DNA of 63,123 nt, filler included, from Octopus bimaculoides (GCF_001194135.2; 6 parts of 6 records of this genome joined end to end with filler, not necessarily neighbours in it); one strand, 5' to 3'. Positions 39,345 to 51,399 are shown, counted from the whole stretch's first letter. Made by a program: numbers and translations. The notes: a model not told the origin generated them from the sequence alone.

Positions 39345-40200
39345 ACTGAATCTGTTGCTGTGGTTGCAGTTGTGGTTATCATTATTGATGTTGCTATTGT
39401 TGTTCTTGTTGTTCTCCTTGTTGTTGTAATAGTAATTCTTATTATTAGTGATTGTTGTTGCTAATGAGCTTGTTGCTAACTATTGTTGTGGTAGTTGGGA
39501 TCGTTGCAGTTGACGTTGTTGCTGTAGTTATCGTTGTTGTTGTTGTTACCACAACTGTTGCTATTGTTTGCAATCGTCGTTATTCTTATCGAAATAGTAA
39601 TTATTACTTTTAGTGATGTTGTTCCATTTCAACGTTCCGGGTTCAAATTCCGCCGAGGTCGACTTTGCCTTTCATCTTTTCAGGATCAATAAAGACAAAA
39701 GTGTACCAGTGGCGCACTGGGGGTCGACGTAATCGCCTTACTCCCCTCACTCGAAATTGCTGGCCTTCTGCCGAAATTTAAAACTATTATTAGTGATGTT
39801 GTTAATGAAATTGTTGCTAACTATCGCTGCAGTTGTTGTCGTTCTTCTTCTTATAGTCATCATTGTTGTTGCTATCGCTGTTGGTTTCGTTGTCGATGTC
39901 GTTGCAATAATAGCAAATATTACTGATGTTGCTATCGTTAAAGAGGTTGTTGCAAAGTATATTTGCTGTTGTTTATATTGTATTTGTTGTTATGGACGCT
40001 GTTGCTATTGTTGTTGTAATTATCGCTGCTGCTGCTGCTGCTGCCGATGTTATTTTTGTTGCTATCGTCGTCGTCATCGTCGTCATCGTCGTCGCCGTTC
40101 TTTTCGTTGTCTCAGCATCCATTCTTATTGCTAATTCTTGTTGCTAATGAGATTGTTGTTAATTACTGTTGATGCCTGTTGTTTTCGCATTTGTTCTTCA
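39345..40200. repeat. Cryptic (GTT)n/(GCT)n/(GTC)n trinucleotide-derived tract
   Basis: Directly visible; interrupted by a SINE at about 39630. Confidence 0.9.
39630..39790 (+). mobile_element. SINE family A, 5'-truncated, inside a (GTT)n-derived tract
   Basis: GGTTCAAATTCCGCCGAGGTCGACTTTGCCTTTCATC. Confidence 0.8.
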
Positions 40201-40569
40201 GGCGATGGCTGTGTGTNNNNNNNNNNNNNNNNNNNNNNNNNNNNNNNNNNNNNNNNNNNNTTAATTAATTAANNNNNNNNNNNNNNNNNNNNNNNNNNNN
40301 NNNNNNNNNNNNNNNNCAAATCGTTATTAAACTTTGTAATGTTATTTGTGATGATAACAGTTTATATCTTTGTCTAAGTAGATGATTGTGTGTGCATACA
40401 TAAACTGTGTGTGTATACATTAATTGTGTATGCATACATTAACTGTGCGTGTATACATTAATTGTGCATTTGCACATGATGTCTCCCCTATTTCCTGCTG
40501 TTTTGCATACGCTTCATATTCCATTATTCATTCTCTCCACAATACCGTAACCGGCCATCATAAGAATAA

Positions 40570-40790
40570 TTGTTTCAAATTTTCGTACAAAGATAGCAAT
40601 TTCGGGAAAGAGGATCAGTCGATTACAACGACCCCAGTGCTCAACTCGTACTTACATTATCCACCCCGAAAGTAGGAAAGGCAAAGACGATCTCGGTGGA
40701 ATTTGAACTCAGAACGTAAAATTGGACGACATTTCCAATAAGCATTTTGGCCGGAGCAATAACAATTCTGCCAGCTCACCTCCTTCAACT
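40570..40790 (-). mobile_element. SINE family A
   Basis: Consensus match on the reverse strand. Confidence 0.8.
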
Positions 40791-40864
40791 GGTCACCAGA
40801 ATTATGTCCTAAAGAAGAACATACTGAGAACTCTAAGAAAAATCATACATACATACAGTATGAT

Positions 40865-40915
40865 GATGATGGCCGTTCACTCGTGACCGAGGAAGACCAT
40901 TGCCGACCTTCAGGA
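40865..40915 (-). mobile_element. Terminal 3' fragment of the 52.7 kb RTE family
   Basis: GATGGCCGTTCACTCGTGACCGAGGAAGACCATTGCCGACCTTCAGGA is nearly identical to 52681-52728. Confidence 0.8.
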
Positions 40916-41139
40916 GAGGTCAGCAATGCCTGTGCAGAGTTTTAGGTCCAATAAGGCTACACAACACCTCATAGACCCTCTCCACTTTATTGACATCATC
41001 CAGAGACAAGCCGGAGCAAGATGTCTGGTGCCAATATGAACTCACAATATGGAAGAAGACATAGCCACTCATAATAACATACATACATACGTACATACAT
41101 ACATACATACATACATACATACATACATACATACATACA

Positions 41140-41945
41140 TACATCTTAAGCAGCTCTCCGAAAATGTCATCACGGTATAATCTACTCATGAGACATGATT
41201 TTGCTTGGACACTGTATAATGAGATGAGTCGGAAGGATAAACTTGAGGCCCAAAGAAATAAGAACTCATAATATGGAAGAAGACATAGCCACTCATAATA
41301 AGGCATACTGTTGGAATATCTCAGTGAAGACCTCAATAAAATGTGAAAATAATAGACCTGACATAGTAATTTGGGATAGAGAAGAGAAACTGCATGCAGT
41401 TGTGGAAATCAGCATCCCAGTAGTTGTTAACATAAAGCTAAAGATCAGCGAAAAATAAAATAGCTATGCTTATCTATTGAGGAATCTGCAGTCACTCTAT
41501 CCAGATTACAAGTTCAGTTTTATAACTGTAATTGCTGGGGCAATGGAATATATAACAGATTGCCTAAATACTAATCTTGAGAAATTAGGTTTCTCAAAAC
41601 CAGAAAGGAGAGAGTTGATTCAAAGACTACAGATCCAATCCTTCACTGGAACTGTAAAAATCTGTAAAACTTTTTCAGAACTTTATCATTTAAGTATATA
41701 TGAGCATGTCTAGACATGCAACTGTATGCATGGGATATATACATAAAACAAAAATTACAGATCTGCACATATATGCATACATACATGCATACATACATAC
41801 ATACGTACATACATACATACATACATACATACATACTTACATATATTCACATACATACATACAAAAATACCCTGTTGATGTTGAAATTCCAATGACGGTT
41901 AAAAACCGGCTCTATTTCTATTTGCAAAAATCTTGAAATAAAACT
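41140..41945 (+). mobile_element. R4/Dong-like LINE 3' region (restriction-like endonuclease plus 3'UTR)
   Basis: PKMSSRYNLLMRHDFA, CWNISVKTSIKCENNRPDIVIWDREEK..VVEISIP and ITVIAGAM..RLQIQSFTGTVKICKTF match the RLE domain of early-branching LINEs. Confidence 0.85.
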
Positions 41946-41980
41946 TAATGACAAACATTCTTACAAACATAGACAAGACA

Positions 41981-42140
41981 GGTTTCCTTCAGTTTCCATC
42001 TGCCAAGTCTACTCACTAAGATTATTCAGCCTGGAGCTATAGCAGTATTCTCTTGCCCAAAGTGCCATTCACTGGGACTGAATCCAGAATTATGCTATTG
42101 GGAAACAAACTTCTTCCTACACATCTACATCTGCACCTAT
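41981..42140 (-). mobile_element. SINE family D, 5' half
   Basis: CCTTCAGTTTCCATCTGCCAA..CTTGCCCAAAGTGCCA..GGGACTGAA. Confidence 0.75.
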
Positions 42141-42269
42141 AGATATTAGAAAAAAAATTAAATATCTACCCCAACTATCATCTTCCATGTAGAATTATTC
42201 TGTCTGGAAACCTAAGTCTGTTCGTCATTTAGAAAGATTCCATACATGAAACGTGACTTTAAGGGTGTT

Positions 42270-42422
42270 GCGAAAGGCCTGGTTGAAGACTCAGAAAAAC
42301 TGAAGGATCCCTACAATAAGTGTATGAATCTGAGAGAGGAATATGTTGGATAAAATCATAATTAACTGATCTTCCTGCATTTTCTGTTACCCAAAGCCAG
42401 GCACTTTCAGCATTCCCTCGTA
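42270..42422 (+). mobile_element. Mariner-type right end / MITE fragment
   Basis: NKCMNLREEYVG* resembles a mariner C-terminus, followed by TIR ...CACTTTCAGCATTCCCTCGTA. Sister copy at 44985. Confidence 0.7.
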
Positions 42423-42744
42423 CAAACCGATTCTACATAAATGAATATTAGTTTTATATTGCAGCCACCATTCCTGAATACAGATGTAAGAATCTGACAG
42501 AGTTTCAACTCAGCCAATACAATATATCGATCAGGGAAGAAGTGAATCTGTCATATGATAAATGCTCTATAGATATCATCAATACTGATGGAGGGATTAC
42601 AAGAGAGAATCGAACCCTGGACTGCCTTAATGGCTATTATTATACTGCACCTGTTGATAAGTCTATTGTGTCACAGGTAGGTTGCTTATAAATAAAAATA
42701 AATATTTGAATTCATTTTTTTTAATATTTACTCAATTAACCATT

Positions 42745-42952
42745 TCTACGATAAGTACAACGCCAGAAATTTCAGGGAAAAGGATAGTTCAATTACATCG
42801 GTCCCCAGTGCTCAACTGGTAATTATTTTATCAACCCCCGGAAGGATGAAAGGAAAGATCGATCAAGAAGAATTTGAACTCAGAACGTAAAGACGGACAA
42901 AATGTCATTAAGCATTTTGTCCGCCGTGCTAACAATTTTGCTACCTCGCAGC
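42745..42952 (-). mobile_element. SINE family A
   Basis: Consensus match on the reverse strand. Confidence 0.8.
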
Positions 42953-43176
42953 ATTATAATTGCGCAATTAACACAAGAAAAATTAATTGTCTTATTAGGG
43001 TCGGTGATGAATGGCAAAGCAATAGATACTTTGCAGTAATTAATCATATGTTTTTGCTTTCTAAGTTCACACTTTACCGAGGCTGGTTTTCATTCAATTT
43101 GCATGCGTCGAGGGAATAGATACCACATCTGTCATATAATACGGACAGTTTGTAATCCTTTTAAGCAACAAACCAT

Positions 43177-43900
43177 TACAGTAATTCCTTGATATACGAG
43201 TTAATTTGTTCCTGCAAACTGCTCGTAAAGCAAAAATTCGTAAAGCAGAGTTTCAAAACTGTACGAATTTCCGACTTATCCATCTCTAAGCAAAAATAGC
43301 CAAAAATGATTTATAAATACTTTATAAAGCGCAAAATGAGTTAGAATAAAGAAATAGATGTATCAGCATTCTAACAAAAAATAAAGATTGTCAAAATATA
43401 ATAATGGCGCAAAATGAGCAGCTGTCAAAGTTTACTATATACCTTACTACAAATTTCATACTTGACGACCTAATGGCAATGTTATAAATTGTAATTCGTT
43501 GCCAGCAAAATATTTTACCTACAAAATTTATAATACTCGCAAATAAACGACAATAAAACAACAGTAGAATGTAAAGAATATTTTATGTAAAGTAAAAAGA
43601 ATTCAAGATCTTTTATCATAAGAAATATTATTATAATCGTTTTCTGAATTACTTTCACTCGCACTAGACTCGTGCACATCATCACATGTAGACGCAATCG
43701 CCATTTCACAAGCACTCGTAGACGGACTTGTAGATTTCTTTTTAAAAACAAGTCTGGAGTTGTTTGCATAGAGGAAGCCTTTTTTTCATTCTCTATAAAT
43801 TTTTCGGTAACAAGCAGAAGCATTTGTTATGATAGTAGAAACTTCTGCACTTCGTTCAAAATTCGGATCTTGTGCATGAAAAATATTACTGTATTTTTAA
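43177..43900 (-). mobile_element. Tigger/pogo-like transposon 3' remnant
   Basis: Minus frame QDPNFERSAEVSTIITNASACYRKIYRE*KKASSMQTTPDLF matches the pogo/Tigger C-terminus. TA|CAGTAATTCCTTGATATACGAG terminal repeat at 43177. Confidence 0.7.
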
Positions 43901-44240
43901 TATGATATAGAAATAGAAGGACATTTGTGACATTTCAAACTTCATTGCTGTAGCAGCTTGCTATCCCCCAAGAGAAAGATTATTTCTTACATTATCTCTG
44001 AGTAACAGGCGTTAGCATAAATGGTGAATCATCGACGGGGTTTCTCTTCGGTCGCGCGACCAACTAGAAATAGAGCAAAACCTCATCATATCGTCTTGAG
44101 AACAGGAAGGACACATTGGATAGTAGATATAATCTTAAAAAGACAGGATAGCCTTCTGCTGCTGATACGACTTTCATCGTCACAAATTTTCACAGAGCTG
44201 ATCTTAAGATAAAGCATGAACTACTACTACTACTACTACT

Positions 44241-44280
<40 letters not shown>

Positions 44281-44281
44281 T

Positions 44282-44341
<60 letters not shown>

Positions 44342-44984
44342 NNNNNNNNNNNNNNNNNNNNNNNNNNNNNNNNNNNNNNNNNNNNNNNNNNNNNNNNNNN
44401 NNNNNNNNNNNNNNNNNNNNNNNNNNNNNNNNNNNNNNNNNNNNNNNNNNNNNNNNNNNNNNNNNNNNNNNNNNNNNNNNNNNNNNNNNNNNNNNNNNNN
44501 NNNNNNNNNNNNNNNNNNNNNNNNNNNNNNNNNNNNNNNNNNNNNNNNNNNNNNNNNNNNNNNNNNNNNNNNNNNNNNNNNNNNNNNNNNNNNNNNNNNN
44601 NNNNNNNNNNNNNNNNNNNNNNNNNNNNNNNNNNNNNNNNNNNNNNNNNNNNNNNNNNNNNNNNNNNNNNNNNNNNNNNNNNNNNNNNNNNNNNNNNNNN
44701 NNNNNNNNNNNNNNNNNNNNNNNNNNNNNNNNNNNNNNNNNNNNNNNNNNNNNNNNNNNNNNNNNNNNNNNNNNNNNNNNNNNNNNNNNNNNNNNNNNNN
44801 NNNNNNNNNNNNNNNNNNNNNNNNNNNNNNNNNNNNNNNNNNNNNNNNNNNNNNNNNNNNNNNNNNNNNNNNNNNNNNNNNNNNNNNNNNNNNNNNNNNN
44901 NNNNNNNNNNNNNNNNNNNNNNNNNNNNNNNNNNNNNNNNNNNNNNNNNNNNNNNNNNNNNNNNNNNNNNNNNNNNNNNNNNNN

Positions 44985-45067
44985 ATATATTGAATAAAAT
45001 CATAATTAACTGATCCTCCTGTATTTTCTTTTACTCAAAGCCAGGGACTTTTCAGTACACCCTCGTA
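44985..45067 (+). mobile_element. Second copy of the same mariner-type right end, truncated by a gap
   Basis: AAAATCATAATTAACTGATCCTCCTGTATTTTCTTTACTCAAAGCCAGG...CCCTCGTA aligns to 42350-42422. Confidence 0.7.
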
Positions 45068-45204
45068 CATGTATATATGTATGTATGTATGTAAGTATGT
45101 ATGTAAGTATGTATGTGTGCATGTATGTGTAGGTGTGTGGGTGTGCATGTACGTATTTGTTTGTACTACTTTTATCACTTACTAAATAAAATTTTCTTTC
45201 ACAG

Positions 45205-45435
45205 TGGGACCTGGTCTGCAAAAACAATGGATTGGCTGAATCTACCCAAACATTTTATATCTTGGGCCAAGTGGTCAGTGGTCTACTGGCACCATATTTG
45301 ATTGAAAGATTTGGACGGAAGCCTATAAGGATATTAAGCAATTTCTTCCTGGTGGTCTTCAACTTACTCTCTGCGTTTACGCCGTTTTATTGGTTGTTCG
45401 CAGCAGCGAGATTTTTCACTGGAGTACTACGAGAG
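45205..45435 (+). CDS. Internal exon of an SLC22 (organic cation/anion transporter-like) MFS gene, 77 codons, phase 0/0
   Basis: ttttctttcacag|TGG...GAG|gtaatg. Peptide WDLVCKNNGLAESTQTFYILGQVVSGLLAPYLIERFGRKPIRILSNFFLVVFNLLSAFTPFYWLFAAARFFTGVLRE has the SLC22 WDLVC motif, the MFS loop motif (E/D)RFGRKP and TM4 RFFTG. Confidence 0.9.
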
Positions 45436-45474
45436 GTAATGCCTCTACACGCACGTATTCATACACGCTTTTAT

Positions 45475-45530
45475 CTTTTCTTGTTTCAGTCATTAAACAG
45501 TGTTTATGCTGGGGCACCGCCTTGAGGAAT
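45475..45530 (-). mobile_element. SINE family D tail just downstream of the SLC22 exon
   Basis: CTTGTTTCAGTCATT..ATGCTGGGGCACCGCCTTGA. Confidence 0.7.
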
Positions 45531-46306
45531 GTTCGTTTTTTTTTTTTAGTCGAACGAATCCACTCTAGGACTTATGTCTTTTTTTTTCTAAGGCCTGATA
45601 CTTTTATAGCCCCAGGAAGATATTTCTTCCAACTGACTAACGACAGACATTCTTCCAGCTGGCTAACGACACATATTCTGTGTCCGATTAGTATTTGCGA
45701 GGGGAGGTCATCACTCCCATCTCTAGCCTTACGTGATACACACGGACTCGAGTTTCTGGGTGGTTATCCGTCCTCAGCGTGTGATAATCACCAGCTAGTG
45801 ATGAAAATTCATTCCACTCGCAAAATATTATATGATGTTTCCTGCGACAAACTGTCGCAGATCTCGAAAAAGGAGAAATAAGCTATATAAAATCTCTGAG
45901 CGAGATATAAACAGTAGTAATACGGAATTGTAACATATAATTGCCAACCAAGTGTGACGTTCTATACAGGACAGTGCTACTGGCGTTTATAGCCCCAGGA
46001 AGATATCTCTAAAAGAATTCACGGTAATTTTTGGCCATGCGACACCAAAAATCAACGATAAGAATCAATTAATAATAGAATTAATAATTAACAATTTTGC
46101 CAAATTTATCAGAATATCGGACTGATGATTTTGGAATAGGGATTTTTCATTCTCTTAACCATGAAACGATCGTATCCGATTAACTAAAGACTTGTTTTGT
46201 TTATGCNNNNNNNNNNNNNNNNNNNNNNNNNNNNNNNNNNNNNNNNNNNNTTAATTAATTAANNNNNNNNNNNNNNNNNNNNNNNNNNNNNNNNNNNNNN
46301 NNNNNN

Positions 46307-46543
46307 TATTTCTGAATTCTCAGTATGTTGGAGAAGCAGGTTACTGTCAATCCCTATATATTTATGATTATAAATCTTTTACCGAAGAAGGTTTTTTCAT
46401 ACTGAGCTACCCGGCAAAATTGTTGATTATTAATTTTATTACTAATTGACGATTCCCTGCCCTGCATATCTATATATATATATATATATATATATAATAT
46501 GTGTACATACGTACACATATATATTTATATGTGTGTGTGCGCG

Positions 46544-46587
<44 letters not shown>

Positions 46588-46890
46588 TCGGATGGATGCA
46601 TGCGTGCATGCTTGGTTGCATGGATGTTCATGTGTGTGAGTATATCTATATGTACATATGTTGATGTGTGACAGATATACACACACACATATATACATAC
46701 ATGAATCTACATTTATATAGATATATAAATACAGATATAGGGCAGGGAATGTGTGCCATAAATATCGCCATCCGTTAGAGAAAAAATTGTAGTTTAGAAT
46801 CAGTAGTTCTTTGACTGCTATTTCTAAATTTTCAGTATGTTGGTGAAGCAACTCATGCTGACTCCTATATATCTATGATTTATATAGATA
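46307..46890. repeat. About 66-bp direct repeat pair bracketing a short inverted repeat
   Basis: TATTTCTRAATTYTCAGTATGTTGGWGAAGCA.. at 46307 and about 46820; TTCCCTGCCCT (46453) versus AGGGCAGGGAA (46739). Confidence 0.8.
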
Positions 46891-46894
46891 TATG

Positions 46895-46929
<35 letters not shown>

Positions 46930-48129
46930 GGGGGGGAGGGAGAGAGAGAGGGAGAGAGAGGGAGAGAGAGGGGGTGAGAGAGAGATTTATAATAGCATAA
47001 AATACAATTATAATTAAGGGCATAGAAGAGACCATAGAAGAGTATATACGTATATATTGACAGACACAGATATATATGTATACACACACACAAACACTTA
47101 ATGTTTCTAATTTAATACTCATGCAATGTTTTATTGTAGTGTTATCGATTTCTTTATGTTTACATATACGGAGAGTGGGGAAGAAAGGAGGAGGGATGAA
47201 GTCGAGGCTGTTTGGACTCTAATAGTATAAAGAAAATTCGGTCATTTAGAACATGACAAGCATTTCTTGTTTTTCTGCAGGGATTCATATCTATTCGAGA
47301 ATGTGTACATACTATATGTGTGTGTATTATATGTGCGTGTATGTATTATGTATGTGTGTAGATATATGTATATCTATTTATATAGCTATATGTGAATTTA
47401 ACGCTTTGCGATATTTTATTTCTTGTTAACCATCGTGATTAAAATCAAACACATATTTTTCGTGTAAACATGTGTGTCATTGAAGCGTCTTTCTTTCATA
47501 TTTGTTACTGCCCAGAATCGAAGCTAATCTCTAGCAAAATAACACGGTGTCTTTGTTTGCATCAAATTCTTTCCTGGCGTTGGTGAGAGTGTGAGTAAAT
47601 TGGTATGTAGGAAGATGAACGGTTTTATTTTGCGACATGAATTTGCGTGTATAACTGTTCTTCATATATGTGTGTGTGTGTATGCGTGTGTGTGTGTGTG
47701 TGTGTGTGTGTGCACTAATGATTGTGCATATCTGTTCGTTACTGGAAACAAAAATAGAGAATTTTTGGAGTGTTACCAATTGAATTTCAGAGTTTTGAGA
47801 GATTTTTCTCTTTCTATATTGGTAAACCTCAACTTTTTCAGATTGTTATGCATGCAAATTTAGTGTTATATGATTCTCTGAATCATATAACAACAGATTT
47901 CGTTAAAGGTTCAAGTTAAAAATTGTTACCTAAATACAGGATCTGTAAGGTCCACCTTCGTTCATCATAGAAGTTCTCTTTTTTCTACAACTTTAATGAG
48001 ACATTCACATACGATCTGATGTGTCCCCTGCAACAGGAAATGACGTTTCCTATCGCAAGGATAATATCAAATCTTTTACGCTTGCATCGAGACGTTATTT
48101 TTTCATTTGAGCATCTCACCGGAATACAT

Positions 48130-48480
48130 TATTTCTAAGTGTCTGGACACATTCTGGTTCTCGTATGCTTTTCGCATGACGGTCTGATGCTATCCTTCCA
48201 GAGGATAGCATCAATGTCATATTTCATAAGATGGTAGTACCTTGCTGACATTTTTGGGCAGCTGATGATGATAGTGGATGACATCTTCCAATCTGGTGTG
48301 GCACAATCGACATTTTCTATCAAACGTAGATGTTTAAGTGTATCGTTACCTTTCTTCGTCTGGTATTTAGAAGCTCTTACCTGTTCTAAATAGCGAAGAC
48401 ATATCTTTTTAAGTGGGTTTAATTTATTTATCACAAATCAAGGACAGACCACATTTCTAATCTATGTCGTTGGTGCCTTC
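48130..48480 (-). mobile_element. R4/Dong-like LINE fragment (CCHC region)
   Basis: IIISCPKMSARYYHLMKYD matches the 41.1 kb copy (SSPKMSSRYNLLMRHD). Confidence 0.75.
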
Positions 48481-48504
48481 TGGCTTGCATATGTACCCAT
48501 GTGT

Positions 48505-48725
48505 TCTTGAGCAGGACACTTTATTTCACGTTGCTCCGATTCACTCAGCTATAGAAATGAGTTGCGACGTCACTGGTGCCAAGCTGTAACGGCCTTCGCT
48601 TTTCCCTTGGATAACATCGGTGGCATAGAGAAGGGAGACTAATATGCATGAGCGACAGCTGGTCTTCAACAAACAACCTTGCTTAGACTTGTGCCTCGGA
48701 AGGTAACCTTCTAGGTGTAATTCCA
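48505..48725 (+). mobile_element. SINE sharing the family C central domain
   Basis: GTGTTCTTGAGCAGGACACTTTATTTCACGTTGCTCC..CACTCAGCT..AAATGAGT. Confidence 0.65.
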
Positions 48726-49524
48726 AGAAAGTGAAAGTTATATATGTACCCATATATAACTTTCAGCTAATATGATGAGTGCATTTCGACCTCATTTCCG
48801 CTTAAATACATTAGTTTAGCTAGATTTGGATCAGTTCTTGTGGGTGGAGAGAAGTTTCACACAGCCAAAGATATATTTTTCTTTTCTTGCTTACTCATCA
48901 ATCATTATATCGTGGAGAAACACATTTAAGTAACCTGTGCATAAGACAAAAATATTATATAGTATATAGTATTTATTCTGGGTGAGCATCACAAACCTTT
49001 TTCACTCATACCATCGTAAATGCAGGTTTCACCAGTAGCTGACAAAACGTTTTTTTTTTCCACAGAAAGCGATATCAGATCAAATAAAATAAATGATATG
49101 TTTTAGTTTCATCTAAACAAAACAAGATGTTTGTCAGGCATATTTACAAATAAAAATGCGATCAGTTAAAAGCTGACTACGATAATATCTATCTTTGATA
49201 ATTGAATGATAATGGGTGTTCTGAGTTCTGAAGTAAAACAATTAGCCAAGTCTATAACTCTATAATTTAGTAAATCAAATCTTTTGGAAAGTTGCAGAAC
49301 ATAGAAATCAAAGCACCATATAAAACATAAGTTAAACATAGCTGTGATCTTCGACTGACTACTATATCTGTTTAAAACGACTAAACTTTGACTATTGAGA
49401 TCATAGAATTTGTTATGTCCAGTGAGGACGTAATGCCAAAATGAAATTATTAGGCGTATAAAGGAAGCATGCAAAACTACATATTCAAGTCTCACAACTA
49501 CAATCTACATAGTTATCATGTCAC

Positions 49525-49742
49525 TAGTATTTTTTTTTCTACTTGTTTCACTCATTAGACTGCGACCATGCTCGAGTACAACCTTGAAGAATTTTTTGTC
49601 AAATGAATCAACCCTAGTAATTTTTTTTAAAGCCGGATACTTATTCTATCGAACCCTTTTGCCGAAACGCTGATTTATGGGGACTTAGATATAACAAAAC
49701 CGATTGTCAACTCGTAGTGGGGGACAAACAGACGCAAAATAG

Positions 49743-49760
<18 letters not shown>
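49525..49760 (-). mobile_element. SINE family D, 3' half
   Basis: CTACTTGTTTCACTCATTAGACTGCGACCATGCT...TTTTGCCGAAACGCT...GGGGGACAAAC. Confidence 0.75.
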
Positions 49761-49812
<52 letters not shown>

Positions 49813-50587
49813 TTTATGGTAGTCTGACCTTAGAGTCCCTCATAGCGTGAGGCATTATTGTATAATAATGCCCTTATATAAATATAAATATATATTTCGG
49901 GAATAAATGATGGATTTTTTTCCCTTATGAGGTTTTTTTCACGCTAGCTACTTGATAAATTCTTGTAAAAGAATTCGTCCTATTATTGAATTTAAATATA
50001 TTACCAGAATATATTCAGTGCTGAATTTATTCTGAGAAAAAAGCACATGTANNNNNNNNNNNNNNNNNNNNNNNNNNNNNNNNNNNNNNNNNNNNNNNNN
50101 NNNNNNNNNNNNNNNNNNNNNNNNNNNNNNNNNNNNNNNNNNNNNNNNNNNNNNNNNNNNNNNNNNNNNNNNNNNNNNNNNNNNNNNNNNNNNNNNNNNN
50201 NNNNNNNNNNNNNNNNNNNNNNNNNNNNNNNNNNNNNNNNNNNNNNNNNNNNNNNNNNNNNNNNNNNNNNNNNNNNNNNNNNNNNNNNNNNNNNNNNNNN
50301 NNNNNNNNNNNNNNNNNNNNNNNNNNNNNNNNNNNNNNNNNNNNNNNNNNNNNNNNNNNNNNNNNNNNNNNNNNNNNNNNNNNNNNNNNNNNNNNNNNNN
50401 NNNNNNNNNNNNNNNNNNNNNNNNNNNNNNNNNNNNNNNNNNNNNNNNNNNNNNNNNNNNNNNNNNNNNNNNNNNNNNNNNNNNNNNNNNNNNNNNNNNN
50501 NNNNNNNNNNNNNNNNNNNNNNNNNNNNNNNNNNNNNNNNNNNNNNNNNNNNNNNNNNNNNNNNNNNNNNNNNNNNNNNNNNNNNNN

Positions 50588-50604
<17 letters not shown>

Positions 50605-50619
<15 letters not shown>

Positions 50620-51390
50620 GGTGGTGGTTGTCTACTCCTTATACAGAGTTTGACCACCTTAGCAACATCATGGCGTCTGATGTGGCTTTTTAAACCAATG
50701 TTCTGAAAAGACACCCACATAAATTGCACCTCTGATTTGGACCACCAAGACCTGCAGATAAGTTCTGTTCTTTGTGGATCTTAAAATGTCTTTTGATGCC
50801 TCCGTTGGATTTGGAAACTTTCTGGCATACACTGCATTCAAAGGTCTACACAGACATATAGACAGAATAGTTGGTGGAGGTTCGTTTTTCATGCCTTCGC
50901 AGATGAGATTTGAGGCCAGCAAAAGACAGGTATGGTCTGTCACACACTGTGCACACAAAAAGGTTATTGTCATTCACCTTCTCAATCGTTACATTCTTCC
51001 TTAGATCTCTTTTAAGTCTTACTTGCGTTATCCTGGCTTCTTCAAATGCTTTCACTCCACTCCACTCCACACCTTTGTTCGCCATCCAACTCGATCCGAA
51101 GCAAGCGTTTCTATATCTTCTGGAACCATTCCAAGTGACTTCATAGGAGTCCTTAAACCTCTTTTTAGGTTTAAGCCAATAGGGTTTCTCCTCTACAAGC
51201 TCACCATAAAACAGCTGTTTCGGCATGCGTTCATCTGCCATTCGAACAATATGGCCACACCATCTCAACTGGTTCCTCAAAATCTTAGATTTAATTGAGG
51301 TGATGCCAGCAGATGCAAGGACATCTATGTTTGGAGTAAAAGAACTCCATTTAATTTTTAAAAGGCGATGACTTATTACAGTTTCCCTCT
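50605..51390 (-). mobile_element. RTE-clade LINE 3' fragment with three C2H2 zinc fingers
   Basis: RNQLRWCGHIVRMADERMPKQLFYGEL...PKKRFKD (RTE/BovB-type C-terminus), then CTVC..HLRRH, CSVC..HFKIH and CNLC..HIRRH, with one stop and one frameshift. Confidence 0.9.
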
Positions 51391-51399
51391 ACCAAATCC

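Noticed and set aside
47262-47340. Strong acceptor TTTCTTGTTTTTCTGCAG|GGATTC as the next SLC22 exon
   Set aside because: The downstream peptide (GFISIRECVHT...) lacks SLC22 TM4-5 motifs and runs into TG repeats with no donor.
49166-49495. Minus ORF with DFYVLQLSKRFDLLNYR, reminiscent of the RT motif YLDFSKAFD
   Set aside because: Too degenerate to call without an HMM search; possibly an ancient CR1/L2 relic.
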